Positions 53,601-64,000 of a stretch of DNA of 64,000 nucleotides are shown here, one piece after another (the first letter of the stretch is position 1; the number at the start of each line of letters is the position of its first letter). Location of the stretch: NCBI RefSeq assembly GCF_009914755.1, contig NC_060932.1, one strand, 5' to 3'. Source of the stretch: the human T2T-CHM13v2.0 reference genome, Homo sapiens. The notes beneath the pieces were generated by a model. It worked only from the letters and a program-made list of their open reading frames with translations. It was not told the DNA's origin and ran no database searches. The translations under genes were made by a program, and so were the position numbers.

Positions 53601-54950
53601 GGGTGAACTTAGGAGACTGGGGGTGAAATGGGAAGGTCTTAATTTTGCATGACAACAGGCACTGAAGGGCATTTACCAGAGGAGGCATTAATCCACCCAC
53701 AGACAGAACAACCTGGCCAGGTGGAGTTGTCTAGTCTGTTTTCAAGCTTCCCAGGGCTGGCACAGAGGGGTCATTGATGGAGTAGCATTAGTGGCAGGGA
53801 TTGGGGCATTGAACAGGCCCAACAGCATAGGCTCTCACTAAGACTGATGTAGCTATGCCCACAGCCCAATGTCCAATCTGCCTCCAAAAGAAATCAATGC
53901 TGACAATGAATCCTCCCAACATGGCACCATTCCTGGAAGAAACCAACCAACCACTGGACCTTTCCACTGTAGAAGGGGCAGTAACTGAACTTGATTGGAA
54001 CTGACACAAATTCTGGGCATGGATTTGCCTTCTCTGCCTTCAGAGCCTCAGCCAGGACCATATCTACCTGAGGTCATGCAGAGTGTCTGCTCTACCAACA
54101 GGAAATCCTCATGCATCTCCCTGGACCAAGGAACCCACTTAGGAAAATAACCATGGAAATACAATCATAAGATTCACTGATACTATCACACACCACAGAG
54201 CCCAGAAATTGCTAGCCTGATGGAGCAGGAAAATGGCCTCATGGAGGCATAGCTGAGAGGCTAGCTTGGACGTGACACCTACCAGGATGAGTGTCTTCCT
54301 GAGAGGCATCATGCCAAATAAAAAATCATTACAGAATGTGATGTCTTCGGCAGTTTAAATACAAGGATCCAAGAACAAAAAAGGTACAGTTAGGAGGAGC
54401 TTGGTTTACCATAATTTCCAGTGACTACTTAAAGGATTTGTACATTCATTACTCCAAATCTAGGTCCTGTAGGTCTGAGGATCTTGGTTCCCAAGGGGAG
54501 AATGCTTTCACTAGGGTACACAGAAAGAGTCCTATTCAACTTTGAGCTCAGACTCCTTTTCTGTCACCTGGGTTCTTGTTGCTGAGAGATAACAGGCAAG
54601 GAAAATAGATACCGTCCTGGCAGGAGTCACTGACCCTGGTCACTGGAAGTTGTAGGGCTGGGGGCTTATTACATATTGGGACAGGATATATATAGCACCC
54701 AAGTGATCCACTGGGGTATCTCTTTACTGTTTCTGGCCCAAACTTGTCAGCAAATCAACAGGTTAGCAGGCAGAGAATCTGAAGGTCATGGTGACCAAGG
54801 GCTCAAAGGATCTGAGTCGTGCAACCAAGTAAACTGTCTAGATCAGCAGAGGAACTTGGCAAGGATGAAGGGAATGGGTAGAAGTATAGGTAGATAATGA
54901 AGTTAATATACAAAGCAAGTATAAAAGGATTCAAGCTGGAAAGGTGTAGA
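50700..54950 (+). mobile_element. Decayed ERVL-class internal region (ERV3-16A3/HERVL-like gag-pol remnants, no intact ORF)
   Basis: Degenerate RT motifs: gtggactgcc..cccaactgcagctgctatgcca (VDY..PIAAAVP) at about 52160-52215 and gttgatgataccatgcta (YIDDIML-like) at about 52466. Integrase-like gaccaaggaacccac (DQGTH) at about 54124. Confidence 0.8.
51717..52057 (+). mobile_element. Tigger4b/MER46-like DNA transposon MITE inserted in the ERVL
   Basis: ta|caggttgggtatc ... gattcaagctg|ta: terminal inverted repeats with TA target duplication; internal aaatgctccaaaat..ggaaaattccacacctgacctcatgtgac. Confidence 0.85.
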
Positions 54951-55290
54951 TGTCTGTGTATACCATGGTATGCACCTCCTCCTCCCTTCAGGACTAAGGT
55001 ACACATCTTCCCTACTGGCTGAAAGTGTGGGGAGCTGATGGGCGTTAGCTGAATTCACTTCTGAAAATTGCCCTCAACCTGAGAGCCATTTAACCCAAAG
55101 TCCCATCTCCCTGGGACAGCCCATATTCACACTTGCCTCAAGGCAGGACCGACTCTGAAGAGGAATCTATCACCAAAGCTCTTGGCAGAGTTGGCTAAGC
55201 CTTCCATAGAACCTGCACTGCAATTCAACTTCTCTCTGCCCAGTCCCGCTTCCCTCACATCTGACAGGTACTGCTCCCTGGCAGGCTGTG
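54951..55290 (+). mobile_element. LTR16-like 3' LTR of the ERVL element
   Basis: Follows the internal region; cccttcaggact, aattgccctc, cttgcctcaagg, ttctctctgcccagtcccgcttccctcac resemble LTR16. Confidence 0.7.
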
Positions 55291-58185
55291 CTGCGTGATA
55301 CACAATCTGTACATGGCTAACTGGACTGTATTTTTAGGAAATCAGGAGACAGGACCCTGGGGAAAAGTTACAGTCTTGTGCATTCATCTGAAATAGGCCT
55401 TGTGATTCCTAAGAGAGTTAACGGGCCACTGTAAATGACAAATTCACTTTTACCCAGTGAGGACTGTGAAGCTATTGCTCATTCTGTAAGGATAATCCCT
55501 GAACTTCATGAGCCAACTCTCTCACCTATGTCTTAGAAACTTTGTGACCACACTCATGTTTACCGAGCTACAGTGTGTCCAACAGTTAAACCTATAATTG
55601 AAGCCTTCTCCTATTACTCATGTCATAAATTCAGCGACTAATAAGTTGTTGCTATTTATTGATGGTTGGTTTGCTGTCATGGAACACTGATTCCATTGAC
55701 AAGGTTATCTGATAACGTCAGGTTTATAAAAGGGGAGAATTTTTTTTCCCGTAAGGCCAAAGCTAATAAATGCTTTTTTTTCTCATTTAGTTGGGACTAA
55801 GTTTTATAAATAATAAATTAATTGCATATCGTCTACCACAGAATTTTTTTCATAAAATAACCAAGCCATTAAAAGATACAATTTAATAACAACGAGAGGA
55901 GTAACAGGAAATTTCCTCTGAATCGTGAGGTAATAGTAGGTAAGTGGGGTTCCCCAGCTGCCACTTCACACTGGGTGAATAGACCTTCCTTTGTGATGTA
56001 ATTCCAGTGACAGCGTCACAATACACTGCTTCTATGCCAGCAAGGCATTTGGCATTCACCTTGATTATAAACCTTATCTCTCTACACTATAATCATCTTC
56101 CCAGTAACCTGGAAACACCTACAAGAGAACAGAAACTGTTTCTTGCTCCTTTTTATATCTCTGGTGCATAATATGAGGTCTGTGTGTTAGGAGCATGCTC
56201 AGTGAAAGACCACTGAAGTTGAGCCCCACCCAGATGTGAGCATATGAAGATGAATGTTGGTGAAAGCATGCGTCTTGCATCTGGAGAACTGCCTTCCTCC
56301 GGGAGAGCCATCAACAACCACCCATTACTGTGCAGATGATGGGACTAACTTCCCTTATCCATGTGGGCTTCTCTGCCCAGCTCCCCGCCACTGAGGATGT
56401 GTTTTTGCAAGACAGTCAAAGAAGAGACAAGAAGTAAGCCAGCAGAAGCCGGTGAGCCAAGTAACCCTAACTGGTCCACACAAAGATTGACTGAATGACT
56501 CCAACATCATGAACTGATCAGTTCCAAAGTCTACTCTTCAAGAACATGAACAATCATATCATTTTAAAGATAATTTAATCCTCACATGGACCAAAGTTTT
56601 TAAAGAAACAACTATTCAATCATCGGCTAAAACACAAAATTATACACCAACATTTGAAATACCATTCAATATAAAATATAAATAAATGTCTTTCAATTTA
56701 TACTCAAAGACAATATGTTTTAGTTAAATCATTTGGGCACTCCCAAACTCCTTTTAAGTGCCCAGAGATTGACAGAGCAGTTCAGCTACTGCATAGCCAT
56801 GGATTAGCTATACAATATAGAAACAGGATCTGGCTTCTTCAAAAACGTAATATGATGGATCATAGGGATGTACCCGGAAGAGCAGAAGTTGAATATAATA
56901 AGATAAAATTAGAAAATTGAAGATACTAAGAGATGAACATTATGTGGATTTTAGAATCAAGATACTGAAAGAATTCAGATACAGACATTTATTACTATTT
57001 TTGTTTGCTAGTAAATTTGGCTTCAATAAAGCCCACACTGTTATTTTAATTTGAGTAATACTTCAAAATACTTTCTTTTGAGTATATAATATAATAAAAT
57101 ATATGTGACTTTATATTTATTTTTCAAACAGTGTTATAAAACTTAAAAACTATTAGGAAAAATTAAACATAAATTATCTTATTTTGATCATAAAGAAAGA
57201 TAAAAATAAAATTCACTTAGTTTATGAATATTTGCCTTACCAAAATCATAACTATATTTGAGGAAGGAATATTTAAAATAATCTTAAAAAAACTTTTAAA
57301 GAAGATTATTGCAACATCTTAATTGATCTTGGATAAGTACTGGGTTTTATTATAGATTGTATCTGCTAAAAAATATTAAATGTGGTTGAGTAACAGAAGC
57401 ACCTTAATCATCTAAGGTAATCATATGCCAGTTAAATAAATGTATAGAATTGAGTTTAAAGTGCCTCAATTTTACCTTAACTAACTTGGTGAATAATCTA
57501 AATTCTCTTTTTTTTGCTTGAAGTTTGTATTTCTAACCAAAAAATAAAGTAAAACAATAAGAGCTGTGAAATGCCACAATAATGGGGGATACAAGTATTG
57601 TACTTTATTTGTATATATCATCTCAGCATGTGATCAGACCACATAGATTCCACTTTTTGTAAATTCACAAACATCTAGTTTTAGAAGAAAATAAAATGTT
57701 CCCTCATTTAGTATTTCATCTAATTTGAAATAGCAATCACGTTACCAAGCAGAAATTTTATTAGCAGAATATGCTTGCAAAAAAATGGTTAATTAAAAGC
57801 AAAAATGACTTGGGTGCTGCTTAAGCACAGAAGTAGAGGTTTGGGGGCAGAGGATAGGATTGGGAGGTGCCCTTGTCTCTCCCCTTCTTTTCTCCCACCT
57901 GCCTAGGCTGGGTCTACAAGGTTGCTCCTGGGTCAGTGGAGGAACCAACCATGCCAGCTCAGTTTTTCCCTGAGAGAAAGTTTGGTAAGCCCTAAACCTC
58001 ACACTTAAAAGAAAAAGAAACCTTAAATACAAGTATCTTCATATTCTTTTCAAATCACTCCCATGAATGATGCAGAAGCTTCATTCACCCCACCACGTAA
58101 TTCACATCCTCTGTTTTTATTTGGCGAATGCCTGCATTCGTCCTGTGAGGACTGATGTCCCGTGTCTCTTCTCCCTGATTTCATA

Positions 58186-58517
58186 CTGTAGTCCCCCCTT
58201 GTCCGTGCTTTCATTTTCCATGGTTTCAGTTGACTGTAGTCAACCGAGGTCTGAAAATAGGTGAGTATAGGACAATAGGTATTTTGAGAGAGAGACCTCA
58301 TTCATATAACTTTTATTGCAGCGTATTTTTATAACTGTTCTATTTTATTATTAGTTATGTTGTTAATGTCTTTATGTGCCTACGTTATAAATTAAACTTT
58401 ATCATAGGTATGTATGTATAGGAAAAAACATAGTGTATATAGGGTTTGGTACTAGCTGAGGTTTCAGGCAGCCACTGGGGTCTTGGAATTAACCCTCTAG
58501 GAGAAGGAAGCCAACTG
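58186..58517 (+). mobile_element. MER44A-like (Tigger7-derived) MITE
   Basis: ta|ctgtagtccccccttgtccg...ttataaattaaactttatcataggtatgtatgtataggaaaaaacatag...caactg; about 330 bp. Confidence 0.85.
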
Positions 58518-59587
58518 TCACTCATGCATAGCACAGGTCCCAGGGCCTCCTGGAGGTAAGGGCTATTTGCTACGTCTTCTAGGCACTGTGGAAACACTTT
58601 TTGCAGTTTGAGGAGAAATGGAACCCTTGCATACATACTTCCAAGAAAAGGAGAAACAGTTAACTTTGTCATAAAAGTTGGAGTTCAAAGTAAATTGCAG
58701 TTATTTTATAAACAAAATAAGAATTTTACATTTTAATGGAGGTTGTTGAATAGAATGCAGAACCAAAAGCCAGGTCCTAGCAAAGTCCATTTCAAAATTC
58801 TACTTCGGCTCTCAGTGTTGAATGGGGACATTGGAACATAGTAAGTGACAGTGATTGTAAAATACTTAGAAAAATATCTGCTGCAAAGTTACTCTTAAAC
58901 AAAAATAACAAAGGCAATGAATATTTTATTCATGTACCTAAACTTAAGTTTATGTGAATTATCCAGACAACTCTGGGTGTGTTGGGGAGGTTATTGTGGA
59001 CAACCTAAAAAAATTATCTCTGTAACACATCATGTCCAAATCCATCAAATACTAAGTTCCTATTTACGTTTGTGAAGCAGGCACAGCCTTACTAATGAAA
59101 ACGATCTCATTTATTCACAAAGTAAACATCATTAGCTGATGACAGGGTTTGGAGCTTCTTTGTTACTCTGGGTCAGTCACCCCCAGAAGCACTCAAACCA
59201 GGGCCACATATGTAAAATTGAGTTAATTTAGGAGGGCTTTAAGTGAAGACCAGGAAACATAAAGGTCTAATTAGTACGGTAATGAATAAAGTACAGATGT
59301 CCTTCTGTTCTCTAGCATGAACACTTAGAGTAGAAATCTGAAGAAGGAAAGATAAAATAAAAAGAAGGAACAGTGAGAAAGAGTGGGTAAGATGGAAGAA
59401 AACAGAAAGAATGAGGGCAGGGAGGCCAAAAAGAAGGAAGGGAAAGAAGTGTGCACATGTCACAGTTACATAGTCAAAAGCTAGCAGAAATACAGACACA
59501 GCACAACCCTCAGAGAAACAGCCTAGAGGGCAGACACGAGAATAGAAGATAGAGACCCACAGAGGGAAAACAGCAAAACAAAATGAG

Positions 59588-59611
59588 CACACACACACAC
59601 ACACACACACA
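59588..59611 (+). repeat. (CA)n microsatellite, about 12 units
   Basis: Directly visible. Confidence 0.97.
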
Positions 59612-59709
59612 AATACAGAACTTCTTCAGTAATATGAGCAATATAGTAATTTTCTGGCTTTTTAAGTTACTAAGACAAAAGGCGTTTTAAAGACCATGTG
59701 GCTGTTTTA

Positions 59710-60002
59710 TTTGTTTGTTTGTTTGTTTTTGAGACGGAGTCTTGCTCTGTCACCCAGGCTGGAGTGCAATGTGCAGTGGCGCGATCTCGGCTCACTGCAA
59801 CCTTCGTGATTCTCCTGCCTCAGCCTCCTGAGTAGCTGGGACTACAGGCACCCACCACCACGCCTGGCTAATTTTTGTATTTTCAGTAGAGATGGGGTTT
59901 CACCATACTGACCAGGCTGGTCTCGAACTCCTGACCTTGTGATCTGCCTGCCTCAACCTCCCAAAGTACTGGGATTACAGGCATGAGCCACTGCGCCCGG
60001 CC
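59710..60002 (-). mobile_element. Alu with small internal indels
   Basis: (TTTG)n tail, Alu body, target-site duplication gtggctgtttta(t). Confidence 0.95.
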
Positions 60003-61769
60003 GTGGCTGTTTTATAACTACTATCATACATGTCAATTTCACTTCTTGACATTTACCCAAACACAGATGTTTGGCTCATAAATATAGGCTCCTTTTTTAG
60101 TTTTCTGCACACAAAAAACTAAAAACCTATAGATATACACAGGTTTTGCTAAATATGAATAAGACTTGTTTGATACTTGGAATGCTTCCGTTTATCCATC
60201 TCCACTTCACTGGAACATTGCATGAATCATTTAACAGAACTCGCTAACATACTGGAGTAATATTTAAAAGGAGGACCATGTGTTACAGTAGTCATGTGCA
60301 TACTGAGTTAGCAGGGATCACCTACTTTGGTATATTATTATAATTATGTGTATATAAATGTATGTGTAATATCTCTATGTGTGAGTGTGTATATGTATAT
60401 ATATGTACACACACAAATCTGTGAAATGTTTCCGCAGCCAAGTGTCCTATTGAATTACAAATAACTTGAAACAGAAATAACCTGATAGAGAAGCACTCAA
60501 CTGACAATGAAGCCTGCAAGCTCCACATATCACTTTCTGTAGCCCTAACCCCTTCCACATGTACCTGTGCCTTCCTCCACATGCAACACCAGAACTACTG
60601 ACAAATGACACTTCCCCAGGCCCACCTCCTTCCAGCCCCACCACGGAGCTGTGGGCACCTGGAAGTCAGATAGGCTTAGCCCCAACACTGCTTCTGCCAT
60701 GGCCTCATTGGTACTCATGGGGTGCCCTGATGTTTCCATTCACCAGTGGAGGTGGAAGTTGCCATTTTGCCAGTGCTTACATCCTAGTTTAAGCTTCCAT
60801 TACATAACCTTTTTTTTTTTTTTTAACATTTCATATTCTCATTCAGGTTATTATACAACTGCTCTTTCTGGAGAATGCCAAAGCCATCCGTGACACGGTT
60901 CTGAGCCAGAATCTGTTCATCTAGACAACATGGACAGTAGCACCCACCTCCTGGTACTACAGATCAAGCAAGACAAGGCATTCAAAGGGGTCTGCACAGT
61001 TTCTGAGACACAGGCAATGCTTCAGGGCATGGAAGGGTTCAGGATGCTGTGTTTACCATTTGGCCCTCATGCTGGCTGGCTGGACTTCTGGGAGCTATCC
61101 TGCAAATGTAAATCATTACTTATAGGGCTGTTCCCGTGGTACACAGGGATCGTGGGGTTAAAAACCTGTCTGCAGCCTTGGTCTATTGTGTTGCCAAGAA
61201 ATTGCCCTGCATCTGTTATAAATATAGAAATAAACAGAACATCAAACCTTTATTCATGAAGGCACAAAATTATAAAAATTGAGGGCATTTGGATCGTGAA
61301 CTATAAGCTTAATTTTGATATATGATTTTCTGTTGCTTTTAAAAGATGGGGATATCTTGTTAAACATAGGCAAGTAGAAGTAAGTTCAAAGTAATGGAGA
61401 GAACTATGCTTCATATGTACTCAAGGAGCAATCTCTAGTCCTATATATCCTTGCTCCTTTGACCCATGGCCACCTAAACCCATAGCAAGCCAAGAACCAG
61501 GCTTCTGGAAGAGTTTGCCTCACACTGTTGTTTAGCTCATTTGCAAGGAGTGCCTGCTCTGTGACAGCAGAAGTTCCCTGGGCAATTTCTCTTCCTTCAA
61601 ACTCAGGTCAAACCCCCAGCCAGAAGGAGCTGCTCATTCCACTGTGCTCCCTTATGTAAATGTCGTATAGGAATTACCGCAATGTGTTTTCATGACTTGT
61701 AGGCTGTTAGCTTTCAAAAACTATGAGTTCCTGTGTCTCATTCCAGTGCCTTCTATAGCACTCAGAACA

Positions 61770-62890
61770 CATTTATTCAGTTTTTTTTTATTAGCTCCTA
61801 TAATGTGGCAGGCACTATTCTAGATGTTGTGGATATTATCAATGAGTTAAGAGATTCCTGCTCCACAAAACTTATATTCTTATGAAAAAAAGACAGATTA
61901 GGAACAAAGTAAATAAGTAGTTGGATTGTGTGTCAAAAGGTGACAAATTTTTTTCATAAAAAATAAAGCAGAAGGAGAATAATAAAGAAGGCTGGAATAA
62001 GTGCTTGTAATTGCAAAGGCTAAGGTCAAGGAAGGTCTTGCTGACAAGGAGGCATTGAGCAAAAACCTGGTGCAAGTGAGCATGTGAGACTCGCAGCTGT
62101 GCGGGGAACAACATTCCAGACAGCAGGAACAGCATGCCAAGGCCTGAGGCTTCGGCAGGTCTGGGGGACCCAGCGCGGATTCTAGTTGGGTAGGGGGCAA
62201 TGAACAGGGAAGGGAGACCAGGCCAGAGTAAAGATGTGGTCTTTTCCTTTAAGAAAGGGGAAACTCATCGAAGGGCTTCTGACTGTCTCGTGGAGTGAAT
62301 CTTACATGAGGAAGAACAGAGGCAGGAAAGCCTGTAAGAAGGTGCTGACAGTGATTGGAGTGAGCCGCGATGGCTTAGGGGCCTAGTGACAGCAGCAGAG
62401 GTGGTGAGAAATGGTCAGATGGTAGATTTATTTTGAAGTTAGAGCCATCAGGATATTTGGACAGATCAGACATAGAGTCTGAAGAGAAGAGTCAAGGATG
62501 CCTCCAAGACTTTTGAATGTCCCCATTTACTGACACGGGAAGCAGGTGGGTATATCAATTCATGGCAGAAGATAATGATTTTAATTTTGAATACTCCTCA
62601 GGGATCCATTTGCAGATACTGTCCACACAGTTGGTTATATGAGTCTGAAATTCAGGAAAGAGAGGAGTGCTGGGGATGTAAAATTATGGACATACAAATG
62701 TACTGAAAGCCCCAATGAGATCACCAAAAGATCACCACCAAAGAGGATCAAGGACGCACCTTGGGGAATCCAGTGTCAGAGACTGGGGTGTTGAGAAACC
62801 AGCAAGGAGACCTGAGAAGATGCAGTCTGAGAGGTAGAGGAAACCAGGGAGGTTGCAATGTTGGGAAGCCAAGTTTCTTTGACAATGGCC
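61770..62890 (-). mobile_element. L2 LINE fragment
   Basis: catttattcag..gctcctataatgtggcaggcactattctag, cattccagacagcaggaacagcatg, gaggtggtgagaaatggtcagat..attttgaag, gagtcaaggatgcctccaag. Confidence 0.85.
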
Positions 62891-64000
62891 AGGGTTGTGT
62901 GAGCCTTCCAGCTTTTCCTTCAAGAACGCAGAGCTTGCTGATCTTCCAGGACAGACTGTAGGCTCTGGGTCAGCTTCCAAAGACCAGGAGGATGGTCCTT
63001 AGGGGCTCGAGAGAATTACCTTGAGCACTTTGTGAGTCTAGGAGTCTACTTCTCTCTATTCTCACAGGGGCAATCTGGAAGAACAGAATTTACCCTGAGC
63101 CTCGACACTGGGGCAAAGGCAAACAGAATGCCCCTAGGGGCATGTTCCAACATTTCCCTATGCAGGGTTCACTCCCCTGCCCTGATTTGGCAGGAGTCCC
63201 TAGAAGAACATTCCCCACCCCAGCTTTGAGAACCACTCCCAGGTGAGCCTCCCGGAGTAGTTCCTGTAACTCAGGCAGAGAACCACAGTGAGAATCCTTA
63301 GAAACAAAAAACAAAAAAACAAAAAAACTGCTGTTCAGATGTGGCTCTTCGTCCCAATCTACACCATCCGTGCCTGGCTGCCCAGCCTTCAGTTTCGTCT
63401 AAGAGTTCCTGGGTCCTGGCAGTCACTTTGCTTCCTGACCCTGCAGTCTGAGACCACGCCCGTCCTCAGACTCCCTGGGCTGACCCCTTCCTACAAGCAG
63501 CTCAGGGATGGGCGGTGGGCTCATTGATTCCAGTTTTGTTTTCTCTTCCCATTTGAAAATGACCAAATGAGACCAAGTGAGACACTGGCAGAATTAAGGG
63601 CATCTCCCTTGTATGTCTGATACTTTGATAAAATATACTTATAAAGGAAGACCCTTATTGATTGCAGAAAAATGAATTAGAAACGATTAAACAGAGTAGG
63701 CTGATTCGTAGTTGAGGGGCCAATGGAAACTGCTGGCTAAACAGCCTTGGTTTTAAAGGGGCCAGAACTAGATTGTTATGCGGGTAGGGCTCAGGTGTTC
63801 TTATCACAATAAAATAAAATTTTCTTAAAAATACAAGTAAAGGGATAGAATTAGGGAAAGAACTTAAGAACTTGGAAGGAAAGAAGTCACAGGCAGTTTA
63901 AAGACAGTTGTAGAGAATCAACATGTTAAATAGAAATGCCTTTATCATGCATTACAAGCTACATTATTCTCAAAACAAACAGGGGTAGATAATGTAAAAT

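Noticed and set aside
63775-63825. Possible extreme 3' tip of an L1MA element
   Set aside because: About 50 bp, too short to call by eye.

Overview
Primate, most likely human, genomic DNA lying entirely inside one large minus-strand gene, ST18 (MYT3/NZF-3, MYT1-family C2HC zinc-finger transcription factor). Nine internal coding exons reconstruct from the sequence with canonical AG/GT boundaries and matching phases: 42010-41820, 34282-33491, 28681-28547, 26921-26831, 25786-25682, 23264-23071, 20805-20594, 11673-11428 and 4741-4626. Together they give 2082 nt of stop-free frame covering the acidic N-terminal region, zinc fingers 1-2 and the MYT1 domain. The start codon and the C-terminal fingers lie outside the window. 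The rest is intron with typical repeats: 11 Alu or Alu-monomer copies, old L1, L2, L3/CR1, MIR, a decayed ERVL provirus with an LTR16-like LTR, an ERV1-type solo LTR, two Tigger-derived MITEs and microsatellites. Most ORFs in the supplied track are repeat-derived or chance. I found no evidence of a wholly new biological system. The best leads are testable RNA-processing, regulatory and mutational-signature hypotheses. Gene identity and repeat names come from recall of protein and consensus sequences, not from a database search, and repeat boundaries are approximate.
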